This document shows, one piece after another, positions 9,967 to 18,045 of a stretch of DNA of 32,000 nt. The translations under genes and the position numbers were made by a program. Every line of letters starts with the position of its first letter. Position 1 is the first letter of the stretch. The notes beneath the pieces are model-generated. The model was given only the letters and a program-made list of their open reading frames with translations. It was not told the origin of the DNA and ran no database searches. Location of the stretch: positions 390,001 to 422,000 of the forward strand of contig NC_009925.1 in assembly GCF_000018105.1 (NCBI RefSeq), given 5' to 3'. Origin of the DNA: Acaryochloris marina MBIC11017. Its GTDB lineage: Bacteria > Cyanobacteriota > Cyanobacteriia > Thermosynechococcales > Thermosynechococcaceae.

Positions 9967-11048
9967 GTAAGCAAGCACAAGCAGCAACTGATACTCCTTT
10001 AACGGGAACGGTGTTAGCTGTTCAGGCCAATTTTTATCAGGTACAGCTTCAGGCCGCACAGAATTTTCCTTCTAGTCAGCTGCTCTGCACTCGTCGCTCT
10101 CGCCTCAAAAAGCTGAGGCAGCAGGTCATGGTAGGGGATCAAGTGGTTGTAGAAGAACCGGATTGGTTAGGGCAACGAGGTGCGATCGCAAGTATCCTCC
10201 CCCGTCAGTCCCAACTCGCTCGTCCGCCCATTGCCAATGTCAATCAAATCCTATTGATGTTTGCCTTGGCGGAGCCCAAATTAGACCCTCAGCAATTGAC
10301 CCGCTTTTTAGTCACAGCAGAACAGACCCACCTCCCCATTATTCTTTGTTTCAATAAGCGGGATTTAACCACTTACGCGACGCAAAAAGCCTGGCGCGAT
10401 CGCATGAAGCGGTGGGGCTATGATCCCATTCTGATCAGTCTCCAAACGGGGGTAGGGTTAAAGGCCCTTGAGCGCCCCCTTAGGGAACACATCACCGTAG
10501 CATCAGGGCTATCAGGGGTAGGCAAATCCAGTCTGATCAACCATTTCATCCCAGACATTGACCTGCGAGTGGGGCGTGTCTCGGAGCGATGGGGCCAGGG
10601 TCGTCATACCACCCGTCATGTCGAGCTATTTGAGCTCTCTAAGGGGGGCTTTTTAGCGGATACCCCTGGTTTTAACCAGCCCAGCCTAAGCAATATTCTG
10701 CCAGCTCAGTTAGGCCAGTGTTTCCCCGAAATCCGACAGCGGCTCTCCCAGGCCCGTTGTCAATTTAAGGATTGCCAACATATGGATGAACCCAACTGTG
10801 CCGTTCGAGGTGACTGGGAGCGTTATCCATATTATTTGAACTTGTTGGCAGAGGTGACAGAAGAACATGCCAAGCGACAAATGACAGCCACAACTGAAGC
10901 TCGGACGAAGCGTAAGTCCGGCAAGCGGGGCAAAATCAAAAATGAGCCCAAGTTAGAAACGAAGCGGTATCGTCGCCCCTCCCGACGCCAGCTCCAGCAA
11001 GATCTCCAAAATATCGATTTAGATCACCTAGAACATTCATCACCTTGA
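9963..11048 (+). CDS. rsgA: Ribosome small-subunit-dependent GTPase RsgA
   Basis: 361 aa. Circularly permuted GTPase order: NKRD (G4), then GLSGVGKSS (G1), then DTPG (G3). C-terminal zinc knuckle CQFKDCQHMDEPNC, followed by a long basic tail. Confidence 0.9.
   Translation: MSKQAQAATDTPLTGTVLAVQANFYQVQLQAAQNFPSSQLLCTRRSRLKKLRQQVMVGDQVVVEEPDWLGQRGAIASILPRQSQLARPPIANVNQILLMFALAEPKLDPQQLTRFLVTAEQTHLPIILCFNKRDLTTYATQKAWRDRMKRWGYDPILISLQTGVGLKALERPLREHITVASGLSGVGKSSLINHFIPDIDLRVGRVSERWGQGRHTTRHVELFELSKGGFLADTPGFNQPSLSNILPAQLGQCFPEIRQRLSQARCQFKDCQHMDEPNCAVRGDWERYPYYLNLLAEVTEEHAKRQMTATTEARTKRKSGKRGKIKNEPKLETKRYRRPSRRQLQQDLQNIDLDHLEHSSP
10182..10189. repeat. HIP1 octamer GCGATCGC
   Basis: Exact match (inside rsgA). 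Confidence 0.95.
10396..10403. repeat. HIP1 octamer GCGATCGC
   Basis: Exact match (inside rsgA). Confidence 0.95.
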
Positions 11049-11058
11049 TGGGGAACTG

Positions 11059-11616
11059 CTAGCCACCATAGACCTGGTAAAGCCTTTGACGAATCGCGAT
11101 TAGATTGCGTGGCAGGTCTTTCCCTAGCTGCATTTCTATCGCTTTCACCGGAATTAAACGGGTTGGGCAGACTTGCAAGGTGTAGGTTAAGGTTGTGCCT
11201 GACTGATCTTCATTCTGGGTCATTTCCCAAGAGCCGGCAAAGGCATTGAAGTCACCTTCAACCATTTCAAATTGAATGGCATGGGGGAAATCTTCCACCA
11301 TATCCAGCACAACCCGGGCCGAGAATTTCAGAAATAACGCATTCTTAACGCCAATTTGTTCAATGCGAATGCTTTCCGGATGAGGGATACGCTCACTTTT
11401 AGCCAGATTAGGAATAAAGTCGGCTAGGGCTTCATAGTCAATGAGGACATCCCAGATTTGCTCAGGTGAAAAGGGCAAAGAAATCTGGGCTTGGATTTGT
11501 CGATGCCGTTTCTCTAATTTCTGTGTTTCTAAGGTGACAGCAGCCAGCTCTTCTGGGGTAATGTCTGATTCCAACTGTTCATCAGGCGTGTCTACGAGGC
11601 TTAAATCAGTTTCCAT
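11059..11616 (-). CDS. SRPBCC (cyclase/dehydrase, START-like) family protein
   Basis: 185 aa. The pattern W..L.DYE.L..FIP ... F.M.EGDF..F.G.W is typical of Polyketide_cyc/SRPBCC ligand-binding folds. This is recognition from memory and was not searched. Confidence 0.6.
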   Translation of the reverse strand: METDLSLVDTPDEQLESDITPEELAAVTLETQKLEKRHRQIQAQISLPFSPEQIWDVLIDYEALADFIPNLAKSERIPHPESIRIEQIGVKNALFLKFSARVVLDMVEDFPHAIQFEMVEGDFNAFAGSWEMTQNEDQSGTTLTYTLQVCPTRLIPVKAIEMQLGKDLPRNLIAIRQRLYQVYGG

Positions 11617-11761
11617 GCTGTCTTTGCAGGCGGTAGAAGGTTAGTATTAGCATCTCTATTTGAGGACAAGGACCAGTGATAACACGTTACAATACTTAAA
11701 ATATACCGTTCATAAAGAAAGTATCTGCATTGTTTGGCAATGCTTTGGAAAAGATGAATCG

Positions 11762-12463
11762 ATGCCCCGCTTAATTACAGACTTTGATGGTCCGATTGTT
11801 GATGTATCTGAACGGTATTATCAGGTTTATCAGTATTGTCTAACCACTATTTCTAGACCGGGGCAAGCTATAAACCTGCTACCTAAGTCAAAATTCTGGT
11901 CTCTAAAACGATCAAGAATCCCTGAGACTCAAATTGGCATCTATTCAGGACTCGATGAATCACAGGCAAAGGACTTTGCCCATTTACGCCGAGTTACTGT
12001 TCATACGATGCCCTATTTCAAGCATGATCTGATCATTCCCTGCGCCCTTTCAGCACTACAAAAACTCCAGTCCAGGGGAGTAGAACTCGTGGTGATGACC
12101 ATGAGACGAACCCGAGAATTAGACTTCGCCCTGTCGAATTATGGTTTAGATGGATTTTTTCGGCCTGAACGACGGTATTGTCTGACCAATGACTATCTAA
12201 AGACTCAAGATATTGAAGATAAAACCCTGCTGATGCAAAAGGCGGTGCAGGAACTCCCCCCAGATCAAACATGGATGTTGGGTGACACGGAAGCGGACAT
12301 TATTGCGGCTCAGTCCCAAAACCTACCTGCGATCGCAGTTTTGTCTGGCATTAGGGATCAAGCCCAACTTTCTGCTTATCATCCAGACTACATATTGGAT
12401 GATATTGCTGCCGCAACGGACTTAATCCTTGAGCAGATCTTGATGTCCAGTGCTTCTGCTTGA
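11762..12463 (+). CDS. HAD-superfamily hydrolase (phosphatase-like)
   Basis: The track ORF starts at a TTG at 11660. I start at ATG 11762 (MPRLITDFDGPIVD), which places HAD motif I (DxDG) near the N-terminus. Motif IV-like GDTEADI is present. 233 aa. Confidence 0.75.
   Translation: MPRLITDFDGPIVDVSERYYQVYQYCLTTISRPGQAINLLPKSKFWSLKRSRIPETQIGIYSGLDESQAKDFAHLRRVTVHTMPYFKHDLIIPCALSALQKLQSRGVELVVMTMRRTRELDFALSNYGLDGFFRPERRYCLTNDYLKTQDIEDKTLLMQKAVQELPPDQTWMLGDTEADIIAAQSQNLPAIAVLSGIRDQAQLSAYHPDYILDDIAAATDLILEQILMSSASA
12329..12336. repeat. HIP1 octamer GCGATCGC
   Basis: Exact match (inside the HAD hydrolase gene). Confidence 0.95.
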
Positions 12464-12661
12464 AAAGGACTCACCGTATTTGGGTGGTCTCACTTCCTAT
12501 TCTCAAGGCCATCAATCACAGACTTAAGCAACTCTTATCAGCTTCATTACAATTGTTGATCCCAGGGCAACGGATCAATAGTATGAATAGAGTGAATTGC
12601 TTGCATACACTGCTGCATGCACGGTGGCTCATTGAAATACATTGATTGAAGGTTATCTAGG

Positions 12662-13381
12662 ATGAAAGTTCAACTCAACAAACTATGGGATTGGAAGGGA
12701 CAACTACAGCGGTGGTTGATTGTTGGCCTGCTTACCCTCCTGGTCGGATTGCCGCTTTGGTCTCCTCCGGCCTTGGCAACCGTTGTTGAGGATATCCCCA
12801 ATCTTTCCGCAAGTCAGTCGACTTGGTTAGCCGATAAGGCAGAACTTCTGAGTGTCGTTACTGAGCGATCGGTGAATAAAACCCTTAAACAGATATCCCG
12901 GCAGACAGGGACAGACGTTAGGGTCATTACCATTCGAGGTCTTAATTATGGTGAGACCGCAGATAGTTTTGCGAACACCTTATTTGAACAGTGGTTCCCT
13001 ACAGCAGAAGACCAAGCAAACCAAGTCTTGCTAGTTTATGATGCTCGCACCAATGCCCCTGCGATTCTAGTGGGCCAAGAAGCCCAGAAATTGCTTTCTG
13101 AAGAAACGGCTCAAAGTATCGCCTTTGATAATCTGCTAATTCCGATTCGTAAAGGGAACTACAACGAGGCCTTTATTGGAGCTGGGGATCGATTTGCAGC
13201 TGTGATCAGTGGGCAAGAAGATCCGGGTCCACCTGAAGTTGAAGTCACCGCTTTTGCTGAAAGTAATTTCCGTACTGCAGAAGAAACCAATGACACCAGC
13301 TCCGCCATACTAGTCGTTGTTTTATTAATTCTGGCAACAGCCATTCCGATGCTGACCTATTTCTACTATCAGCGTTCATAG
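12662..13381 (+). CDS. TPM-domain membrane protein (Psb32/TLP18.3-like)
   Basis: 239 aa. N-terminal hydrophobic signal/anchor, a TPM-phosphatase-like core (LADKAELLS...VRVITIRGLNYGE), an acidic linker, and a C-terminal TM segment ILVVVLLILATAIPMLTYFYY. Confidence 0.65.
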   Translation: MKVQLNKLWDWKGQLQRWLIVGLLTLLVGLPLWSPPALATVVEDIPNLSASQSTWLADKAELLSVVTERSVNKTLKQISRQTGTDVRVITIRGLNYGETADSFANTLFEQWFPTAEDQANQVLLVYDARTNAPAILVGQEAQKLLSEETAQSIAFDNLLIPIRKGNYNEAFIGAGDRFAAVISGQEDPGPPEVEVTAFAESNFRTAEETNDTSSAILVVVLLILATAIPMLTYFYYQRS

Positions 13382-13417
13382 GCTAGAAGATCTTCTCATC
13401 CTGATTTTCTAGCAATT

Positions 13418-13463
13418 CAGCTTAAAAAAGCAGCCCCAGATTTGGAGCTGCTTTTTTAAGCTG
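13418..13463. terminator. Bidirectional intrinsic terminator between convergent genes
   Basis: CAGCTTAAAAAAGCAGC (13418-13434) and GCTGCTTTTTTAAGCTG (13447-13463) are exact reverse complements. The A6/T6 runs give a U-tail on either strand. It lies between the TPM gene stop (13381) and the rlpA stop (13479). Confidence 0.75.
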
Positions 13464-13478
13464 AAAGCTAACGCTTAA

Positions 13479-14486
13479 CTATTGCAGAATATCCATCTGT
13501 ACGGGAGCGACACCACTACTGGTCACACCAATCAGTTGAGCAGCACCTTGGGATAAATCAATGATGCGTCCAGGGATAAACGGTCCACGGTCATTGATTC
13601 GTACAACCACAGAACGTCCGTTATACAGATTGGTGACTCTGACTCGGGTCCCAAAGGGCAAGGTTTTATGAGCTGCGGTCAATGCGTACTGATTATAAAC
13701 TTCACCATTGGCAGTGTAGTTACCATGAAAGCCTGGGCCATACCAAGAGGCTTCGCCATTGACCTGATACCGGACAGATGTTGCGGCAACGGCAGGAGCA
13801 GGAGGCTTAGGGCGACCGGGAATGTCTTTTAGCGCCACAGTAGTCCCCATTTGACGACGCAGTAGATTCGTAATCTTCAGGGCGTCATCTCCCATATCCT
13901 TGGTAGTTTTGGGGAGTATCGTTAGCTCGCTCATTTCCAGGATGTGGGCGTCGCTAGTCTTAATTACATAGCTCTCGCGTTCTTTATCCCAAATGACCTT
14001 AATGTTATTGGCATCAACCCCATCTCGATCCAACTGATTAATCTTGGCGGCAACGGTTGTGGCCCGCCAGACCGGATCTTGCTGATTCGCTTCAGGTTGA
14101 GCGGTTTCTGATTTAGTTGTAGCGACTTTCTCTGTTTCAGCAGACTTTTCTGTCCCTAGAAACGTAACGACGGGGATATTACGCACATACAAGGTAGCGG
14201 CCGGTCGACCCGATTTTTCATAGGCGTGAATCTTTGCGATCGCAGGCTTGTCACTAACCGCGCCCTTAGGTTGACTGTCTCCGACCTTAACCGCATCAGC
14301 ATCTTGAGCCTCTTCAGACGCATCGGCCTCATCCGAGGCTTCAATTGATGCATCTTGCTCACGGACTGTCTCTGGAGCAGACTTTTCTACTTCTAGGGTT
14401 TGATTGGCCTCACTCGTACTCAGTGCGCTCACAACGGATACCGTGAGTGCGGCAGCTAGGCCAGTTAAAACCAGTTTATTTCTCAT
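13479..14486 (-). CDS. rlpA: RlpA-family septal lytic transglycosylase / DPBB-domain lipoprotein
   Basis: C-terminal double-psi beta-barrel: [19 protein letters not shown]...[23 protein letters not shown] start at ATG 14486 ([21 protein letters not shown], a signal peptide) rather than the TTG at 14519. The middle region is long and acidic/low-complexity. Confidence 0.85.
   Translation of the reverse strand: MRNKLVLTGLAAALTVSVVSALSTSEANQTLEVEKSAPETVREQDASIEASDEADASEEAQDADAVKVGDSQPKGAVSDKPAIAKIHAYEKSGRPAATLYVRNIPVVTFLGTEKSAETEKVATTKSETAQPEANQQDPVWRATTVAAKINQLDRDGVDANNIKVIWDKERESYVIKTSDAHILEMSELTILPKTTKDMGDDALKITNLLRRQMGTTVALKDIPGRPKPPAPAVAATSVRYQVNGEASWYGPGFHGNYTANGEVYNQYALTAAHKTLPFGTRVRVTNLYNGRSVVVRINDRGPFIPGRIIDLSQGAAQLIGVTSSGVAPVQMDILQ
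14236..14243. repeat. HIP1 octamer GCGATCGC
   Basis: Exact match (inside rlpA). Confidence 0.95.
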
Positions 14487-15211
14487 GAATGCTCTTGCCT
14501 GGAGAGTATAGAAGGACAAGATTGAAAACAGTCTTCCTTAACACAAAGTACGGTGGAGACTCTATTAACCTTTACAGGATTCAACCTTCCTTTACAGAAC
14601 TTAATTACCCTATCACGAACTTTGGGTTGCTGAAATCAGGGATTCTGCTGAGACCAAGACTAAAACTTACTTATTACAAACATTGTGTATTTGGCATTCA
14701 CTAATGTTTAAAGTGCTGAAAGCAAGAAAAATTAATATCTTCAGGCGATTAAGAACTCCAGACAATTGATTAGTAAAAACTATCAGTACATTTCTGCCGT
14801 TTGAATATTCAAATACTTTAATCAGCTGAGGATATCATTTTTCATAGATATTTTTAGCACAGGAATAATATTGACAGTTGCAAATATCACCCAAAAAGCC
14901 CCACATACTCCCATCCTTCAAAAAGCCTTAAAACCCATCTATATATAGTCATCAGAGATTTTGAGTAGATTTTATAGCGATAGATATCAGAGAACCCATA
15001 GGTTATTTTTATCGATCAGTTCTGGCAAATTTATTAATAGTAGATGGCGTTAATAATTAAGAGGTAAATATCGTTCTTAGTCAGCAATTTTTTAAGATCA
15101 TTTTTCTAGCTGACTATAACTAGATTGATTTGGTCTTGATGATGTATTGCTTTGGTGGATCATAATCTGTCAATATGTCATGTTGCTCTTAGGTATCGGA
15201 AAGGTTTGGGC

Positions 15212-16273
15212 ATGGATTATCGTGACGCTGGTGTGGACGTACAGGCAGGACGGACCTTTGTCAGTGATATCAAGCAGATGGTGGCCGACACCATTCGCCC
15301 AGAAGTTTTAGGCAATCTAGGGGGGTTCAATGGCCTATTTCAATTACCGACAGGCTATCAAGAACCAGTTCTAGTCTCAGGGACTGACGGCGTCGGCACT
15401 AAGCTGAAGTTGGCCCAGGCTCTCAATCAGCATCACACCGTTGGCATCGATCTAGTCGCCATGTGTGTTAATGACGTGCTGACTTGTGGAGCAGAGCCTT
15501 TATTCTTCCTGGATTATCTCGCCACTAGCCAACTCCAACCTGAACAGCTCAAACAAGTCATCGCTGGGATCGCCCAAGGCTGCAAAACAGCTGGATGTGC
15601 CCTGCTAGGGGGAGAGACCGCCGAAATGCCTGGGTTTTATCAGCCCAGTGAATATGACCTCGCAGGCTTTTGCGTTGGGATTGTCGATAAACAGAAACTG
15701 TTGAATGGAACCAAGATCAACATTGGAGATTCTGTAATTGGTTTAGCCAGTCAGGGCGTTCACAGTAATGGATTTAGCCTAGTGAGAAAGATCGTAGCTG
15801 AAGGCATCAATCCCCATCGAGCAGAACCTGGATGGGATTGGCAAGACTGTCCTGAAAGGCTAGGGGGAATGAGCCTAGGCGAAACTCTTCTGACGCCAAC
15901 TCAAATTTACGTCAAGCCCGTCTTGTCTGCTCTTCGCTCCGGCTTAGATATTCACGGCATGGCCCATATCACCGGAGGCGGATTACCTGAGAATGGGCCT
16001 CGCTGCTTACAACCCGATCAATCCCTACAGCTCAACACCGGACAATGGCCGATTCCACCTATTTTTGCATGGCTTGCAGAGGCTGGACAGGTGAGTCCAG
16101 CCGATATGTTTGAGACCTTCAATATGGGGATCGGATTTATGTTGGTCGTTGCCCCAGAGCAAACCCAAACAACCCTAGACTGGTTGGGTAAACATCAAAT
16201 TTTAGCTTATGAGATTGGTTCAGTGGTTCCGGGAGACCAGTCAGTGCTGGGATTACCAATTGCTGAGAGTTAA
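15212..16273 (+). CDS. purM: Phosphoribosylformylglycinamidine cyclo-ligase (AIR synthetase) PurM
   Basis: [13 protein letters not shown]..., [12 protein letters not shown] and [11 protein letters not shown] are typical PurM. I start at ATG 15212 rather than the track's TTG at 15152. Confidence 0.93.
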   Translation: MDYRDAGVDVQAGRTFVSDIKQMVADTIRPEVLGNLGGFNGLFQLPTGYQEPVLVSGTDGVGTKLKLAQALNQHHTVGIDLVAMCVNDVLTCGAEPLFFLDYLATSQLQPEQLKQVIAGIAQGCKTAGCALLGGETAEMPGFYQPSEYDLAGFCVGIVDKQKLLNGTKINIGDSVIGLASQGVHSNGFSLVRKIVAEGINPHRAEPGWDWQDCPERLGGMSLGETLLTPTQIYVKPVLSALRSGLDIHGMAHITGGGLPENGPRCLQPDQSLQLNTGQWPIPPIFAWLAEAGQVSPADMFETFNMGIGFMLVVAPEQTQTTLDWLGKHQILAYEIGSVVPGDQSVLGLPIAES

Positions 16274-16324
16274 ACCATGGGTTGTCCCAAAAAGACTCAG
16301 ACATCCCTGAACCCAGAAAGCACC

Positions 16325-16720
16325 TTAACAAGACTCCCAATCTGGACAGGAATTGGTAGAAGCACCATAAGGATGCATGCCACACACTAGAAAGGTCTCT
16401 CCATAGGTTTTGCCATAATAATGGCGACAGCCAACACAAGCAGGCTGCTGATCGAATAGGGGATAAAGCCGTTGGGTTAAGGGTGAAGCCATCTCTTCCA
16501 GCTCATGCTCAAACGCAATGAGATCGACAATAATGGGATCAAGCACCTCGTCTAGTCCCTGTTCAATCTCTTTCACTATTGGTTCAACATACTCCTCCAC
16601 CCCTTGCTCAATCTGGGAAAGGGTTTGATCCAGCATGTCTACAGAAGCATCAAACATCTGCTCAGATTGATGAAGAATCTGCTGTAGACATGCTTGTATA
16701 TCCCTAGACAAATCAGCCAT
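16325..16720 (-). CDS. Hypothetical protein: acidic helical N-terminal half, Cys-rich C-terminal module
   Basis: 131-aa ORF with no overlapping competitor. C-terminus is PACVGCRHYYGKTYGETFLVCGMHPYGASTNSCPDWESC (CxxC...C...C...C). It lies 44 bp downstream of the next minus-strand gene, so they are probably co-transcribed. Confidence 0.55.
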   Translation of the reverse strand: MADLSRDIQACLQQILHQSEQMFDASVDMLDQTLSQIEQGVEEYVEPIVKEIEQGLDEVLDPIIVDLIAFEHELEEMASPLTQRLYPLFDQQPACVGCRHYYGKTYGETFLVCGMHPYGASTNSCPDWESC

Positions 16721-16764
16721 TAACAGTCCTTTAATCTGGCAAAAGGCATTATGAGGAGTGCTAT

Positions 16765-17124
16765 TTATGAATCCTGGAGGCGGCGTAGTTCTTCTTCAAG
16801 CTCATTAACTTGTGCGTGAATATCCTCTGACTCAGATGGATCCCTCTCTTCAGCTTCGTCTCCTGTCACAAGTTCAATCGTTTGAGGCTGATCGGGATAG
16901 GGAACCTCTTCTACCGAGACTTGTGCGGGGGTGTCATTAAATTGATTGAGCCACCGATTTGCCTCGTCAGTACTCATCTCGCCACGTCGAATCATTTCGT
17001 CGGCCAGCTGCTGAGCTCGCTCTTGGATTTCAGCAACTTTATTGCCAGCCTGTTCCCCTGCATAGGAGGCAACGCCAACTCCAAGGTAAAAGGCCTTTTT
17101 GACAAAATCAGGAAGGTCGTTCAT
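16765..17124 (-). CDS. Phasin-like (COG3937-type) small helical protein
   Basis: 119 aa. FVKKAFYLGVGVASYAGEQAGNKVAEIQERAQQLADEMIRRGEMS resembles phasin/PHA-regulator-like family proteins. This is recognition from memory. Confidence 0.5.
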   Translation of the reverse strand: MNDLPDFVKKAFYLGVGVASYAGEQAGNKVAEIQERAQQLADEMIRRGEMSTDEANRWLNQFNDTPAQVSVEEVPYPDQPQTIELVTGDEAEERDPSESEDIHAQVNELEEELRRLQDS

Positions 17125-17237
17125 TGCCTATTAGGAATCCAATCGTTTTGTGGGACAGGGGTAAAGGCAGGTCTAAAATCTTGAGAGAAACGTAGCGATT
17201 TTAGGCTCCTTCAATATCATTATATCCAGATACAAAA

Positions 17238-17333
17238 GTGACCCGGAGTCCACGCCTATCACAAGCATCCCGTATTGCTGCTACCTTCCGGTCCTGACAA
17301 GATTGAGGCGTTGTAATCGCATGGGTCCGAGCC
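17238..17333 (-). ncRNA. ffs: Signal recognition particle RNA (4.5S-type, small bacterial SRP RNA)
   Basis: The minus strand reads ...GGCUCGGACCCAUGCGAUUACAACGCCUCAAUCUUGUCAGGACCGGAAGGUAGCAGCAAUACGGGAUGCUUGUGAUAGGCGUGGACUCCGGGUCAC-UUUUG. GUCAGGACC-GGAA-GGUAGCAGC matches the E. coli 4.5S domain IV GUCAGGUCC-GGAA-GGAAGCAGC, with a compensatory U:A to A:U swap. The 3' strand CGGGAUG is also conserved. The ends pair (GGCUCGG/CCGGGUC). The exact ends are approximate. Confidence 0.82.
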
Positions 17334-17377
17334 AACATATAGTCTAACACCGTTGTCTCGGATTAACCCAACAAAAT

Positions 17378-17444
17378 GCAAAAAAGGGCATCAACGACTG
17401 GCCGTGTTTCGTCTTGATGCCCTTTTTTAGTTCGCTCCTCACAC
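17378..17444 (-). ncRNA. Candidate ~67-nt small RNA (promoter plus intrinsic terminator), 5' GUGUGAGGAG
   Basis: Predicted transcript: GUGUGAGGAGCGAACUAAAAAAGGGCAUCAAGACGAAACACGGCCAGUCGUUGAUGCCCUUUUUUGC. It would start about 7 nt after a TATAAT and end at the U-tail of the 17380-17428 hairpin. It has no start codon or ORF. This is a prediction only. Confidence 0.35.
17380..17428. terminator. Strong hairpin flanked by A6 and T6 (bidirectional terminator geometry)
   Basis: AAAAAAGGGCATCAA-CGAC...GTC-TTGATGCCCTTTTTT. The GC-rich 9-bp core 17386-17394 pairs with 17414-17422, and a further 3 bp pair across a 1-nt bulge. A6 is at 17380-17385 and T6 at 17423-17428. Confidence 0.65.
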
Positions 17445-17451
17445 AGTGGTG

Positions 17452-17479
17452 ATTATATATAATCTGTTGCTAGTTGTCA
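17452..17479 (-). promoter_or_regulatory. Near-consensus sigma70-type promoter (TGACAA-N16-TATAAT) reading toward the hairpin and ffs
   Basis: On the minus strand, TGACAA is the reverse complement of 17474-17479. A 16-nt spacer follows, then TATAAT as the reverse complement of 17452-17457. Confidence 0.45.
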
Positions 17480-17566
17480 TCTATAAACAAACTGTTTACC
17501 AGTCTGAAGGGTAAGCCATCATGATGCTAGGCTAAGGTGCGAGGGTATTCAATACATACTCTATAA

Positions 17567-17640
17567 CGGGATGTAGCGCAGTTTGGTAGCGCACTTCGTT
17601 CGGGACGAAGGGGCCGGAGGTTCAAATCCTCTCATCCCGA
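17567..17640 (+). tRNA. tRNA-Pro (anticodon CGG)
   Basis: Manual cloverleaf: acceptor CGGGATG/CATCCCG plus discriminator A; D arm GCGC-AGTTTGGTA-GCGC; anticodon stem CTTCG/CGAAG with loop TTCGGGA (CGG); variable loop GGGCC; T arm GGAGG-TTCAAAT-CCTCT. CCA is not encoded. Confidence 0.95.
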
Positions 17641-17667
17641 TTTCTTCAAAAGTATTTCTAGTAAAGG

Positions 17668-17703
17668 GTCTAGGGCTTCGAATCAAGACTTCTAGGCTTT
17701 TTT
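17668..17703 (+). terminator. Probable intrinsic terminator after tRNA-Pro
   Basis: GTCTAGGG (17668-17675) pairs with TTCTAGGC (17690-17697). The 8 bp include three G:U pairs. A T6 run follows at 17698-17703. Confidence 0.45.
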
Positions 17704-17755
17704 CTATTGTCACTAAGTCGACGAGTTTAGGCGTGTTTGGGCACAGTTGGGTGCT

Positions 17756-17888
17756 AAACTGGTAGGAAATTGGTAGAAAATAAAATCACTGAAAGTCTTA
17801 CCATATCTAAACTTCGCTGGAATGAGGGCCAGCAAAACTGGCAGGACGGCAAGTAGCAGGAAATAAAATCGCTAAAACTCTATCATGG
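17756..17888 (+). repeat. Imperfect direct repeat (two units of about 55 bp, period about 79 bp) upstream of and overlapping the integrase start
   Basis: Unit 1 (17756-17817): AAACTGGTAGGAAATTGGTAGAAAATAAAATCACTGAAAGTCTTACCATATC. Unit 2 (17835-17888): AAACTGGCAGGACGGCAAGTAGCAGGAAATAAAATCGCTAAAACTCTATCATGG. Aligned by eye. Confidence 0.5.
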
Positions 17889-18045
17889 CAAGCACTTCAA
17901 AGTCAGGAAGCACAAAAAGTGGTAGGAAGCTCGTCAAAGTTGAGAATGACGATGGACGTCTTCGGCTACGGTGGAACTATGAGGGAAAGCGCTATGCCAT
18001 GGCAGTGGGCTTGCCCGATACTGCCGTCAATCGGACTTTTGCTAA

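Noticed and set aside
11660-11761. TTG-initiated N-terminal extension of the HAD hydrolase; similar TTG extensions of rlpA (14487-14519) and purM (15152-15211).
   Set aside because: In each case an in-frame ATG places the conserved N-terminal motif (DxDG, a signal peptide, MDYRDAGVD) at the expected position.
12460-12645. 61-aa TTG-start ORF between the HAD and TPM genes.
   Set aside because: No Shine-Dalgarno, a non-ATG start, and basic/low-complexity sequence with no recognisable domain. It is treated as intergenic.
14489-14704. 71-aa ORF in the rlpA/purM intergenic region.
   Set aside because: It starts inside the rlpA 5' end on the opposite strand and runs through AT-rich DNA. It is probably spurious.
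17583-17765. 60-aa ORF overlapping tRNA-Pro.
   Set aside because: Its first 58 nt are the tRNA itself, so it is an artefact.
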